Made by a program: the position numbers and the translations under genes
Source of the DNA: Planctomycetota bacterium
GTDB taxonomy: Bacteria > Planctomycetota > UBA1135 > UBA2386
Length of the DNA: 64,000 nucleotides
Direction: 5' to 3'
NCBI GenBank assembly: GCA_947501605.1
Contig: CANMWZ010000012.1
Coordinates: 32,001 to 96,000 of the forward strand
The notes under the pieces: model-generated
Told to the model about the DNA's origin: nothing
The model's database searches: none
What the model saw: the letters and a program-made list of their open reading frames with translations, nothing else
Shown here: piece after piece, positions 49,265-59,521 of the stretch
Layout of the letters: every line of letters starts with the position of its first letter
How positions within the stretch are numbered: position 1 is the stretch's first letter

Positions 49265-52029
49265 TGCTTGCCCTCCATGTAGCGGTAAAGGAGCTGTTGC
49301 TCCTGCTCGAGTGCAGGTAGGTCGTTCAGGGCGCGCGACACGTCCATTCGGGCGAGATGCCATGCGAGGCGAACGCGGCGGTCGGTGACCAACGGCTGCA
49401 TGCGGTCGAGTGGCGCGAGCGACCTCACGGCTTCGGTCACCGACAATTCACGCGCGTAGTCGATGGCGAGAAGACTCGCACGTTCGCGGTCGGCTGGCGT
49501 GGCGTTCGAGCTGGACGCAAGGTCGGCGACGAGCGCATCGAAGGCATCTTGCTTGCGGCCCACCTGCACGAGGTAGCGCGCACGCTCTTCGACGGTCCCA
49601 CTGCGAGCTGCGAGTTCGTTCAACGCCGTCGCACTGCTGTAGAGCTCGATGCCGGTTGCGTAGCAGACTGCGAGCCATGGACCGGCTGAGAACAGGTTGT
49701 TGGGCCCAGCGAGCGGTTCGTCACCGAGGCCAAACGACGGCAGAGTCAATCGGTTGAACGCAGCAGGCCTCTTCACATCCAGCACGAGCACTTCGCGATC
49801 ACTCGGCAGCAAGACAAAATCGCCAACCACGCAGCCGCGCCCAGGCCATCGCGTCAATCGTTCGCTGGGGCGCGGGATCTCGATCGACCAACGAACGATG
49901 CCCGTCGCGATCTCGATGCCGACGAGATGGTCGCGCAAGTCACCCGAAGCCTCCGCGAACAGCAAGGGTCCGCTCACGCCGAGGAGGTAGCGGATCTTGC
50001 CGTAGGGCGCGTAGCGGGAGGTGCCGTCGAGCATCCAGACGGGATCGCCACTAGCGCCGTCGAGACAGAACACCATGTCGGTGTCGCAGGCCGCAAACAC
50101 CACCGAGCCGCCGATCTCGAAGATCGCGCTCGGCAAGAAGCCTGGAAGGTCTGCCTCCGAGAAGGCACTGCTGAAGCCAAACGGTGAGTTGCCGTTCTCG
50201 CGCTTCCGTTTGGCCGGCCGTCGGCGCAGCGGGTCGTCCCGCTCGTACTTGCGGATCCATCGCAGGTCGCCAGCAAACGCGTCGACGGCACCGACGGCAC
50301 CGGCGTTGGTGAGCATGTAGGCGAGGTTGCCGATCACGTGCACGCGGGCGCCCGGCGCCTTGAAGTAGCTCGTGCCGCCGCCGTGAATGCGGGTGTGCCA
50401 CAACGGCTCGCCGGTGCGCCGGTCGAGGCACTGCAACTCGTAGGCGCCGTTGCGCAGTGTCGGTACGAGCAATCGTTCGCCGAACAGGGTCGGAGCGGCG
50501 AGGAAGGTCACGTCCGCAAGGCCGTCGTCGCCGGCGCAGAAGTCCTTCGTCGACCACGCGCGTTGGCACTCAGGCTTGCGATAGGCAACGATCTCGTTGA
50601 GCTTCAGCGGATCGACGCTTTGCGTGACGCGGTTGTAGCCAAGGACCGCGTAGTAGCGCTCTTGGTCCTCGACCGGCGCCATGAGCGCAAAGTCGTATGC
50701 CGGCACTCGTGGACGCGGTCGCATCTCCTGAGGCTTTGGCGGCAACTGCTCGCCGTCGCCTTCGACTTGCAGCACGCCCGAAAACGACTCTGCGATGCGC
50801 AGCCGGAAGTTCTCGAGAAACAGCGTGCGAGGCAAAGCCGCACCGCCGCCACTGAATGCGACCTGGGTGCCGACGCCGTACTTCGACCCCGGCGGCGCTG
50901 AGTTGGCAACGGTCTCACTGCCAAACATGAAGATCGAGTCGCTGCCGCGTCGGTCCTTGATCGGTTCGTAGGGATTCGACCCGGCGAAGCGATAGACCCA
51001 CATGGGTAGCAGCGTGGTGCTCGCCTCGGTGAGCCACTCGATGTTGGCGCCCGGTTGCAACGCCGTGGTCGCCGGCTGCGCGTCGCTGGTCGCAAAGAGC
51101 GGGTGCTCGGGCAACTGACTCACGGGCTGCAGCTCGCCCATCAGGCGCAGCGACTCGTCGGGGAAGTCCGCGGCGATCTTGCGCGCCGCATCGTTGGCCG
51201 CACCAATCTCGCCAGCAAGACGAAGGCACAGTGCGATCTTGAATCGGCACCACAGCGGCGAGATTCCCAGCTTGGCCAGATTGGCCGCCGGATAGAGCTC
51301 GAGAACATCGCGTAGCACCTGAACCGCGGCGCGGTATTGGCCAGCGTTGAGATGGCGGTCGGCCAGCACCTGTTGCGCCGTTCCGGCTGCGAGAGTCGGA
51401 AAGTAGCGCAGCGCCACCTGCTCGAGGTCGCGCAGCGAACCGCTGGTCTGCGCCTGCGCCAACATCTCGCCAGCTACCGCCTCGAACAGGCTTTGATAGA
51501 GTTCGATCCCGGTCGCGGGCATCGCCGCGAGGTACTCCTGGCACAGTCGACCGGCAGGGCGATAGACGCGGCCGTCGGCAGAAAACACTGCCTGCCGCGG
51601 GTCGATGGCCGCCGCGTCGGCCGCCGGCGGAGCGGGCGCTTCGCCCTCGACTGGCGGCTTGCGCTCACCTTCCGCGGCTTCAGGCGCTGACGGTGCGGGC
51701 GTGGGCGTCGCCTGGGTCTCGCCTGCTTCGAGCGGCATCGCCTCCAGGGTCCGCCCCTCGACCACGGACTGCAGCACCTGGATCGCGTCGGCGAAGCGCT
51801 CCTCGGTCAAGAACTGGCGTGCGCGCCGAACGAAGCGGTCGAGGTTGGGGCTCTCGAACAACTCGACCGGCGGGCCGGAATCGCCAGTCTCGTTGCCGCT
51901 CTCCGGCGCCTGAATTGCCCCGCCCGCGCGCCCGACCTGGATTCGCAGTTGCTGACCGCGCACATCACTGCCCAGCAGAGCGGCGACGGCGCAGAGCACA
52001 GCCGGAACGGGCGGCAATAGGAAAATCAC
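49261..52029 (-). CDS. TPR + PQQ-like (BamB-type) beta-propeller protein
   Basis: Repeats CLDRRTGEPLW, AVDAFAGDLRW, CLDGASGDPVW, GIEIATGIVRW; TPR-like N-terminal half. Start codon uncertain. Confidence 0.82.
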   Translation of the reverse strand: MIFLLPPVPAVLCAVAALLGSDVRGQQLRIQVGRAGGAIQAPESGNETGDSGPPVELFESPNLDRFVRRARQFLTEERFADAIQVLQSVVEGRTLEAMPLEAGETQATPTPAPSAPEAAEGERKPPVEGEAPAPPAADAAAIDPRQAVFSADGRVYRPAGRLCQEYLAAMPATGIELYQSLFEAVAGEMLAQAQTSGSLRDLEQVALRYFPTLAAGTAQQVLADRHLNAGQYRAAVQVLRDVLELYPAANLAKLGISPLWCRFKIALCLRLAGEIGAANDAARKIAADFPDESLRLMGELQPVSQLPEHPLFATSDAQPATTALQPGANIEWLTEASTTLLPMWVYRFAGSNPYEPIKDRRGSDSIFMFGSETVANSAPPGSKYGVGTQVAFSGGGAALPRTLFLENFRLRIAESFSGVLQVEGDGEQLPPKPQEMRPRPRVPAYDFALMAPVEDQERYYAVLGYNRVTQSVDPLKLNEIVAYRKPECQRAWSTKDFCAGDDGLADVTFLAAPTLFGERLLVPTLRNGAYELQCLDRRTGEPLWHTRIHGGGTSYFKAPGARVHVIGNLAYMLTNAGAVGAVDAFAGDLRWIRKYERDDPLRRRPAKRKRENGNSPFGFSSAFSEADLPGFLPSAIFEIGGSVVFAACDTDMVFCLDGASGDPVWMLDGTSRYAPYGKIRYLLGVSGPLLFAEASGDLRDHLVGIEIATGIVRWSIEIPRPSERLTRWPGRGCVVGDFVLLPSDREVLVLDVKRPAAFNRLTLPSFGLGDEPLAGPNNLFSAGPWLAVCYATGIELYSSATALNELAARSGTVEERARYLVQVGRKQDAFDALVADLASSSNATPADRERASLLAIDYARELSVTEAVRSLAPLDRMQPLVTDRRVRLAWHLARMDVSRALNDLPALEQEQQLLYRYMEGKQ

Positions 52030-52266
52030 GGCTCCTGTCGAGGGTTGCGGAGGGGTCGAGCAGCTGGATCCGAGGAGGGGTCGGCGAGTTCTCCTCGATC
52101 CAACGGCGCAATCGCCGGGAGGGATCGGTTTGCAATCTACGTCAATCGCCCCCAACCGGCGAGGCTCGCAGACCGTTTCTGCCAGTCAGCCGTCCTGGGC
52201 TAGCATCCAGACCGAGCACAGGCACGGATTCTTCCGCGGCTTTCAAGACAGCTCGAACCGACCATC

Positions 52267-54528
52267 ATGATGCCGCGCAACCCGAAGGCAGTTCGTTTCC
52301 TGTTCCCGCTGCTGTTGGTCGGTGCCGTCCGCAGCCAGGAATGGAGCGACGAACAACTGGTCGAAGCGTGCAGCGCCTTCCAGTCGGAGTCATTGCCCGA
52401 GCGCTTGGCGCAGATCGGGTCCCTGGTGCCAAAGCAACAGGAAGCGCGCTCCGCAATAGTGGCTCGGATCCACGGCGACCACCGTGAGTACATGCTCAAG
52501 ATCGACCGACTGGTCACTGAGCTAACCGATTCTCGGTGGACCGTTCGAGAACAAGCCGAACGGTCCCTGATCGAAGTCGGTGCCAGGGCGACGACCACGT
52601 TGCAGCAACGAGTTGAACAAGCACAACTCGTCGAGGAACGCATGCGCTGCCGTCGCATCCTCGACGCCATCTTGGCGCGCGGCACGGCCGACGAAGAGCG
52701 ACAACTGCGACTCCTTCGCGGCCTGGTCGCGACCTCGGCCTACATGAAGTCGGACGAGCGCATGCTGCGATCGCTGCGCTCTGCGCTCGGGCACACTGAC
52801 GCGTCGATCGTGGACGCAACGATCCGCTCGCTGGGCCTGCACGGCGGCGACGACGAAGCCGAGGCGGTGTTTCAGCTGCTCGATTGGAGAGGCGGCGTCT
52901 ACCGCGCGAACGTGCTCAACGCTCTAGGACGAATGCAGACGCCGCGCTCACTAGCGCTGTGCACGCAGTTGCTGACCGATGGCAAGCTGTCCCGCAACGA
53001 ACAGTGCAACCTCGTGTTCGCATGCCAGACTCGAAGCGATGCCGCCACGTTGGTCGAACTACTGCGCACGAGTAGCGACCCAGTCGTTGCCGCCGGCACC
53101 AAACTGCAATTGCCGACTCCTGAGGCCGCGCCGACGAGAGTCAGCCTGATGCTCGCCAACCGAACCGCCCTCGAAGGCACCTTCGAGGGATTTGGCACCG
53201 ACCACACGAACGTCGGCAATGCGGTAGCTGGTTTGCCCGTGGCGCAGATCTCCTTCAGCGATGCCGACATCCTCGACTTCCCCGAGCACAAGGCCGAACC
53301 GTCGACCGATGTGCGTGTGTTCTTGAGCCAGGGCAGCCTCGTCACCGGCAAGCTCCAGGCGATCGACAAAGCGACCGTTCAACTTCTGTCGCCAACGTTC
53401 GGTGTGCTCAAGCTGGCGCGCGCTGGCCTGCAAGGCATCGCCATCGACCCGGAACTGGACCGGCTGGTGGGCGCGTCCGTTGACTACGATCGCGTTCGCC
53501 TGCGCAACAACGAGCTAGTCGAAGGAACCGTCGATCGACTCGACGGCAACTCGCTCGCTGTCACGCTCGCGACCGGGGGCACGAGATCGATCCCGCTGAC
53601 CGAGATCGCGGGCTTCCTCACCATTCGCCCTGCGTCTCCTGAGCCCGACAACTCCTCGTACGCGCGCGCAGACTTGGTGAACGGCGACCGCATCCTGGGT
53701 TTCGTCGTCGGCGGCACGCGGTCGCACGTGACGTTCTCGGTGCCGTTGCTCGGTGCAACCGTCGTTCCGATCGCCTCGCTGATGCACGTCGAGATCGGCG
53801 TTGGCGGCGGCGCGATGTGGGGCTTCACCGTCATTGCTGACTACAGCGACAATCGCGTCTTCGAGGTCGACGACCAGGGCCGTGAGGGGTTCAAGATGGA
53901 CGATGTCTTTGGCGCCTGGGACATCGAGTGCCTCGACAACAGCAACCTGCTGATCACCGAGTTCCCGGTGAGTCGCGTGCAGGAAGTGAATCGCAAAGGT
54001 GAGGTCGTGTGGTCCTATGACGATCTCAAGAACCCGTACGACGCCGACCGCCTGCAGAACGGCAACACGCTGATCGCCGACACCTTCGCTCTGCGCGTCA
54101 TCGAGGTGAATCCCAAGAAGGAGATCGTCTGGACCTACGACAAGGACATCCGGCCCTTTGACGTCGAACGGTTGACGAACGGCAACACGCTCATCTGCGA
54201 TGTGCTGAAGGACCGCGTCATCGAGGTTTCGCCCGCCGGCGAGATCGTCTGGGAGCTGAAGGGCATGAACAACGTGCACGACGCCGACCGGCTGCAGAAT
54301 GGCAACACGTTGATCACTCTGCGGTCAAAGGGCTCGGTGCTCGAGGTGGACCGCGACGGCACAGTCGTCTGGGAACTCGAAGCACTCAACTCGCCAAGCG
54401 ACGCCGATCGCTTGCCCAACGGACACACGCTCGTCTCCGAAAACGGGGTCGTGCGCGAGTTCGACCGTCGCAAAAACGTGGTGTGGCGACGCGAAGTCAA
54501 CTGGGCCGTCGAAGCCAATCGCTACTGA
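52267..54528 (+). CDS. Secreted HEAT-repeat + small beta-domain repeats + beta-propeller protein
   Basis: DSRWTVREQAERSL (HEAT); repeated (A)DRLxNGNTLI..RVIEV..GEIVW blades at the C-terminus. Confidence 0.8.
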   Translation: MMPRNPKAVRFLFPLLLVGAVRSQEWSDEQLVEACSAFQSESLPERLAQIGSLVPKQQEARSAIVARIHGDHREYMLKIDRLVTELTDSRWTVREQAERSLIEVGARATTTLQQRVEQAQLVEERMRCRRILDAILARGTADEERQLRLLRGLVATSAYMKSDERMLRSLRSALGHTDASIVDATIRSLGLHGGDDEAEAVFQLLDWRGGVYRANVLNALGRMQTPRSLALCTQLLTDGKLSRNEQCNLVFACQTRSDAATLVELLRTSSDPVVAAGTKLQLPTPEAAPTRVSLMLANRTALEGTFEGFGTDHTNVGNAVAGLPVAQISFSDADILDFPEHKAEPSTDVRVFLSQGSLVTGKLQAIDKATVQLLSPTFGVLKLARAGLQGIAIDPELDRLVGASVDYDRVRLRNNELVEGTVDRLDGNSLAVTLATGGTRSIPLTEIAGFLTIRPASPEPDNSSYARADLVNGDRILGFVVGGTRSHVTFSVPLLGATVVPIASLMHVEIGVGGGAMWGFTVIADYSDNRVFEVDDQGREGFKMDDVFGAWDIECLDNSNLLITEFPVSRVQEVNRKGEVVWSYDDLKNPYDADRLQNGNTLIADTFALRVIEVNPKKEIVWTYDKDIRPFDVERLTNGNTLICDVLKDRVIEVSPAGEIVWELKGMNNVHDADRLQNGNTLITLRSKGSVLEVDRDGTVVWELEALNSPSDADRLPNGHTLVSENGVVREFDRRKNVVWRREVNWAVEANRY

Positions 54529-54553
54529 GCAGCGCGCTCACTCGACCGTGGCC

Positions 54554-56257
54554 TCACTGCGCAAAGACACTTGCGAGTTCCGTGGGCACGCCGAGAGCGC
54601 GGACTTGGGCCGCCGCCGCGTCCATGCCTTCGAGGTCGGCATTCACCGCGGCTTCGCAGAACAGCAGAACGCAACGCCGTAGCGGCGATCGGGCCTCGTC
54701 TTCCGTAGCGAGCGACATCCACGGCCGCGCTGCGGCCGGCCCATCGCTCACGAGCACCTCGATACCGCGCCGCCAACCCTCCGCGGCTAGTCGCGGTTGC
54801 AGTTGTTCCCACTCGCCGCCAGCCCCGGCGATCGCTTGCGCGGCATCCAGATCCTGGCGGAAGTGCTGCCACCATTCCCACTGACCTGCGGGGACATCGA
54901 CGCCGACCACGTCGGCCTGAGCCCGCGCGCCGGCGAGATCGCCGTTGTAGAAACGATGTGCGGCGCGTTCGTACGGCCACGCCCGATACCAACTCCATCC
55001 GCCGGCGACCATTGCCAACAACACGACGGCGGCAATGCCACGGCGAAGGTGCAGCCCGCGCAACGCGAAGCGTGCTCGGAACCGAGGATCTTCGGCGAAA
55101 CGCCGCAGCAGGCTCACCCGCGCAGTCTCGCTCGGATGCAGCGTTGTCGCGTAGTGCGGCTCGCCATGGACCACTTCGCCCACGCGAGACAGCGCGTTGA
55201 TGCACGGCTCGGCACCGCCGAGTGCGATGGCCGAAAGCACGTCCGCCTCGTGCTCGAATCGATGCGAAACCCTGCGCAGTACCCACCAACCGCCTAGCGC
55301 AACCACGGCTGCTGCTGCGATGCCCCACGGCAACGACAACTCGTCGAGCGGCAGCTGTTGCAGCAGGTTGGTCAGCAACAGGGGCGAGGCAACGAACAGC
55401 GCCAGTAGAAGCGCCGGATGGCCCGCTTGCGCATGCCCCACCTCATGGGCAACGACGCCGCGCAGAGCCTGCAAGTCCAGTATCGCCAGCAGGCCATCGG
55501 TGAGCACGAGGTAGCGAGGCCACGGAAGCGGACCGATCATCAGCGCATTGACCGTGCGAAGCCCGCTGTCGAGGAACATGACGGCACTGCCGCGGAAGCC
55601 GAGTGCCGCCGCCGTCGCGCGCAGTTCGGTGCCAACAGGCTCCGGCAGTCGCCGCGACAGACCCAGTGCTACGCGAAACACCAGCGGCAGCAGAATGCCC
55701 ATGCACAACACGAACACGAGAGTTCCGATCGTGAGACCCGTGCTGGTCCCGACGACAAACGAGTAGAGCGATCGGTTCTGCCGAATCACGTCACCAAGAA
55801 TGCCGAGCAGCAGCCACGGCAACGTGAAGAGACCGACGAACGCGAACCGGTTGCGCAACATCGCGCGCAGTTCGGACGCCCCCTCGAGCGCTGCTATCAA
55901 TCGCACTTCGCAGACGACACGCATCGTCTCGGCAACAAGCAAGGGAACCAACAACAGGGCAAGGTGCGCGAGATGGCTGCTTCCGGCCCACGTCTCAGCA
56001 ACATCGAGATAGCCGAGCGGCGCGAGAAAGATGGCGTAGCAGGCAGGGAGCATCGCCGGCGCCAGCCGTGCCAATGCACGCCCCGTTCGTCCTTCGCGAG
56101 CGCGGTGAGCGAGGATCGTCAGGACCATCGGAACGGCGAGCAACGGCAGTCCGAGGAGTGCCAGCAGCGCATTGCCCGAGCCCGGCAGGACGACGAACGC
56201 CTCGCGCGCGAGCAACATGACCACGAGCGAGAGGGCATACGCGAATGGAATCGACAA
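54554..56257 (-). CDS. M48 family (HtpX/Ste24-like) membrane metalloprotease
   Basis: VNALMIG, GVVAHEVGH, FEHEAD, LHPS; multiple TM helices. Confidence 0.85.
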   Translation of the reverse strand: MSIPFAYALSLVVMLLAREAFVVLPGSGNALLALLGLPLLAVPMVLTILAHRAREGRTGRALARLAPAMLPACYAIFLAPLGYLDVAETWAGSSHLAHLALLLVPLLVAETMRVVCEVRLIAALEGASELRAMLRNRFAFVGLFTLPWLLLGILGDVIRQNRSLYSFVVGTSTGLTIGTLVFVLCMGILLPLVFRVALGLSRRLPEPVGTELRATAAALGFRGSAVMFLDSGLRTVNALMIGPLPWPRYLVLTDGLLAILDLQALRGVVAHEVGHAQAGHPALLLALFVASPLLLTNLLQQLPLDELSLPWGIAAAAVVALGGWWVLRRVSHRFEHEADVLSAIALGGAEPCINALSRVGEVVHGEPHYATTLHPSETARVSLLRRFAEDPRFRARFALRGLHLRRGIAAVVLLAMVAGGWSWYRAWPYERAAHRFYNGDLAGARAQADVVGVDVPAGQWEWWQHFRQDLDAAQAIAGAGGEWEQLQPRLAAEGWRRGIEVLVSDGPAAARPWMSLATEDEARSPLRRCVLLFCEAAVNADLEGMDAAAAQVRALGVPTELASVFAQ

Positions 56258-56260
56258 GTC

Positions 56261-57307
56261 TCATCGCCCCTTCGCAGCTTCCGCCGGCTCAGGAAATGCA
56301 CGCTGCAGCAGTGGCAGGAACCGCGGATCGGCACGCAAGGCAGCGAGCTCGGGATCGGTGTCGAAGAGCGCTCGCGGCAACTTGCGAACCGGATCGACGT
56401 TCGCTGCGACCTGCAAGTCGACGCAACGCCCCAGTGCGACGAAGCCGGCATCGACACGCCCGGCAAGCGCGTTGTAGCAAGCTCCCCAGTACCAGTCGGT
56501 CGGTAGCAGCTCGTAGTTACTTCGCTCGGCAATCGTCGTCATCGCACCATGGGTCGTCGCAGCGCGCCGGTTTTCCTGCACGCGGTACCACAGGTTGGAA
56601 AGCTCGCGGAAGGCGAGAATCCGGTCTTCGGCATCGCCGTCGGCACTGTCCTTCTGCAACTGCGCAGCACGCGCTTGCACGTACTGCTTGCGGCCCCACT
56701 GCCACGCGAGGCACGACAACGCGAAGCGAAGGTCCTCGGGTTCGCCCTCAATGTTCTCGACGATGTCGGTGACGCCGAGCAGCAACTGCGGGTCAGGAGG
56801 TGTCGCTTGCAGGTCTGCAATTGCGGGCACCAACGTCACGCGCTGCGTGTCTGGGAGCCAAAACGGTGTGTGCAGGAGCCACTCGAAAAGCAACTTCGAG
56901 GCAAAGGGCTGCAGCGCGTCGAGCATTGCGTACTGGCCGCGATAGACCACACCGCTGCGACGCTTCTGTTCGATGAAGCCAAGCAGCACGTCGGCGGCGA
57001 GAGCGCGCGTGCCCTTGCTGCGCGGACTCTCGTCGTCGACAGCGAGCGCACGCAGCCGCTGACCCAGCCACGGCAGCGAACGATCTGGAGTGCCGAGCAG
57101 TGCCTCCACGGCGAGTTCCTTCTGCGCCGCGTCACTCTGGTCGGAGGCCAGGAAGGCCTCGACAACGGCGGTGAAGGTGTCTGCAGGTGGGTCCTGGGGC
57201 CGAACTCGCGGGGACACTGGCGGCGCTGACGCGTCCGACTGGTGCAGAGCACCGAGTGCTGCGATCACCATCGTGAACGATGCCAACGGCCGCCACACGG
57301 CGTGCAT
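56261..57307 (-). CDS. Hypothetical protein with C-terminal TPR-like domain
   Basis: WYWGACYNALAGRVDAG...DTDPELAALRADPRF. Start uncertain. Confidence 0.7.
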   Translation of the reverse strand: MHAVWRPLASFTMVIAALGALHQSDASAPPVSPRVRPQDPPADTFTAVVEAFLASDQSDAAQKELAVEALLGTPDRSLPWLGQRLRALAVDDESPRSKGTRALAADVLLGFIEQKRRSGVVYRGQYAMLDALQPFASKLLFEWLLHTPFWLPDTQRVTLVPAIADLQATPPDPQLLLGVTDIVENIEGEPEDLRFALSCLAWQWGRKQYVQARAAQLQKDSADGDAEDRILAFRELSNLWYRVQENRRAATTHGAMTTIAERSNYELLPTDWYWGACYNALAGRVDAGFVALGRCVDLQVAANVDPVRKLPRALFDTDPELAALRADPRFLPLLQRAFPEPAEAAKGR

Positions 57308-57312
57308 GAGGG

Positions 57313-58029
57313 CTACGAAGTGCTCCGCGGCACGGGATACAGTGGTCCGGATCCCACCGGTGCAAACGCTGCGGCGAACATCGCGCGAACAACGACGTCC
57401 ATCGGCACCCACTGCGACGTGTCCGCACCCGGCATCGCTGCGCGATTGCTCGGTGTGTCGATGGTGCTGGGCACGATTGCGGCGGCTCGCACTCCGGTCC
57501 CCACGAGTTCTGCTGCAAGTGCTCGCACCCACTCGTGCAGAGCAGCCTTGCTGGCGAGGTAGTTGGCGACACCCGCGCCGCCCAAACCAACGCCGGCGCT
57601 ACCGACACAGACGATGCTGCCAAGGCGGCGCTGCTTCATGGAACCGACCATGGCCCGGGCCAAGTTGGCGACCGCGAACAGGTTCGCTGTCATCAAGTCT
57701 TGCAGATCGCCAGTCGAATCACGGCCGATCTCGCTGGCAGCAAATGCGCCATTGCAGCACAGCAATGCGTCGATGGGTCCGAGAGCATCGTTGGCACCCT
57801 TCGCAAAGCCGGCGGCAGCTTCGCCATCGACATCCGGCACGCACCCGACAAGGACTGACTTGGTGCCGAACTGCGCTGTGGTTTTTTCGACCTGCCACGA
57901 CTTGCGCACGGCAATGGCAACACGAGCCCCCGCCTCGAGTGCGTAACGCACCACTGCACCACCGACTTGGCCCGATGCGCCGCCGACGACCAGAACCTTG
58001 CCAGAGAGGGACGTTGGATCTTGGGTCAT
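57313..58029 (-). CDS. Short-chain dehydrogenase/reductase (SDR)
   Basis: VVGGASGQVG, YLASK, PSTIDTPSNR. Confidence 0.9.
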   Translation of the reverse strand: MTQDPTSLSGKVLVVGGASGQVGGAVVRYALEAGARVAIAVRKSWQVEKTTAQFGTKSVLVGCVPDVDGEAAAGFAKGANDALGPIDALLCCNGAFAASEIGRDSTGDLQDLMTANLFAVANLARAMVGSMKQRRLGSIVCVGSAGVGLGGAGVANYLASKAALHEWVRALAAELVGTGVRAAAIVPSTIDTPSNRAAMPGADTSQWVPMDVVVRAMFAAAFAPVGSGPLYPVPRSTS

Positions 58030-58075
58030 GACGGGCGATGCGCGCTCTCGCATGGCCAGCGCTGTGCGCGCTGGC

Positions 58076-58645
58076 TCAGAACTGGACCTTGACGACTTTG
58101 CGCTCTTCGGCCGCTTCGACCTCGAAGAACTCAGCGAGCTTGAAGCCCGACATGTTGGCGATGAGAGAACCCGGGAACTGCTCGCAGGTGTTGTTGTAGC
58201 GCATCACCGAGTCGTTGTAGGCCTGGCGAGCAAACCCGATGCGGTTCTCGGTCGAGGTCAACTCTTCCTGCACCTGCAACATGTTCTGGTTCGCTTTGAG
58301 CTCGGGATAGTTCTCGGCCACCGCGAACAACTGACGCAGCGAGCCTGCCAACGCGCCTTCGGCCTTGACGAGGTCACCGATGTTCCCGGCGTTGCGGAAG
58401 TCGACGCAGGTCTGGCGAGCCTTGATGACCGCTTCGAGCGTCTCGCGCTCGTGCTTCATGTAGCCCTTTGCGGTCTCGACCAAGTTTGGAATGAGGTCGT
58501 AGCGACGCTTCAGCTGCACGTCGATCTGGCTCCACGAGTTCTTGGTCTCGTTACGCCGACTGACCAGCCCGTTGTAGGTGCTGATCCACCACATGACGAG
58601 CACGAGGCCGATGGCGAGCGGGATGATCCAAACGAGGTTCTCCAC
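58076..58645 (-). CDS. lemA: LemA family protein
   Basis: YNGLV, WSQIDVQLKRRYDLIPNLVET, ENYPELKAN, ENRIGFARQAYN. Confidence 0.95.
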   Translation of the reverse strand: MENLVWIIPLAIGLVLVMWWISTYNGLVSRRNETKNSWSQIDVQLKRRYDLIPNLVETAKGYMKHERETLEAVIKARQTCVDFRNAGNIGDLVKAEGALAGSLRQLFAVAENYPELKANQNMLQVQEELTSTENRIGFARQAYNDSVMRYNNTCEQFPGSLIANMSGFKLAEFFEVEAAEERKVVKVQF

Positions 58646-58702
58646 TAGGGTCTCCTGAGCAGGGCGACGAAGGTGTGCGGATCGGGCAGAGAGGGTCAGT
58701 AT

Positions 58703-59521
58703 TCAGATCAACAGGCCGATCTCACCGCAGAAAACCGTACTTGCCGGCCCCGCGATGACAAGGGACCGCTCTTTCTTGACGACGCGAAGTTGGCCCCCGC
58801 GAAGGTGAACCAGGACCTCAGGGCCGCGCACCAGACCGAGCTCGAGTGCACACAGAGCCGCCACGGCGGCGCCCGTGCCGCACGCTAGCGTCTCGCCGCT
58901 GCCGCGCTCGAACGTCCGCTGGAACAGGCTCCCATCGTTGCGGATCTGCACGAACTCGACGTTGACGCCCCCAGGAAAATCCCGGTGTTGCTGCATGCGT
59001 TCACCCAAGACGCCGACCGCGAACTGCTCGGGATCGGAGTCGAGCATGACTACTGCATGCGGGTTGCCGGCGTCACCGCGCCGGTACTCCACGCGACGAC
59101 CGCACACCTCGATCGACCGCGGGGCCACGTCAATTGTGACCAGGCCGAGGTCGGCGTGGACGGCAACGAGCGCACCGCGTTCGTCGCGCTCGAGGCGCAC
59201 GTCGCGAACACCGGCGCTCGTCTCCACCGCGAACTCGTCACTGGCGACATGACCGTGGTCGAACGCCAAAGCCGCGAGACAACGCAGGCCATTGCCGCAC
59301 ATCGAGCCCAGCGAGCCGTCGGCATTCCACATCGCCATCGCAACGGCAGCCGTACGGCTTGGGCGCATCACGATCAGACCGTCCGCGCCGATACCGAAAT
59401 GGCGATCCGACCATGCGCGTGCGAGCTGGGGCGCGCGTGCCAACGGGAACTCGTCGCGGATCGCATCGACGAACACATAGTCATTGCCCGCTCCCTCCAT
59501 CTTGGTGAAGGGGATCCGCAT
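58703..59521 (-). CDS. dapF: Diaminopimelate epimerase
   Basis: KMEGAGNDY, GIGADG, MCGNGLRC, GNPH, NVEF, ERGSGETLACGTG. Confidence 0.96.
   Translation of the reverse strand: MRIPFTKMEGAGNDYVFVDAIRDEFPLARAPQLARAWSDRHFGIGADGLIVMRPSRTAAVAMAMWNADGSLGSMCGNGLRCLAALAFDHGHVASDEFAVETSAGVRDVRLERDERGALVAVHADLGLVTIDVAPRSIEVCGRRVEYRRGDAGNPHAVVMLDSDPEQFAVGVLGERMQQHRDFPGGVNVEFVQIRNDGSLFQRTFERGSGETLACGTGAAVAALCALELGLVRGPEVLVHLRGGQLRVVKKERSLVIAGPASTVFCGEIGLLI

Noticed and set aside
53930..54500. Repeated GGCAACACGCTGATC-like DNA units as a CRISPR or other array
   Set aside because: They are coding beta-propeller blade repeats (NGNTLI) with synonymous variation; no cas genes are present.
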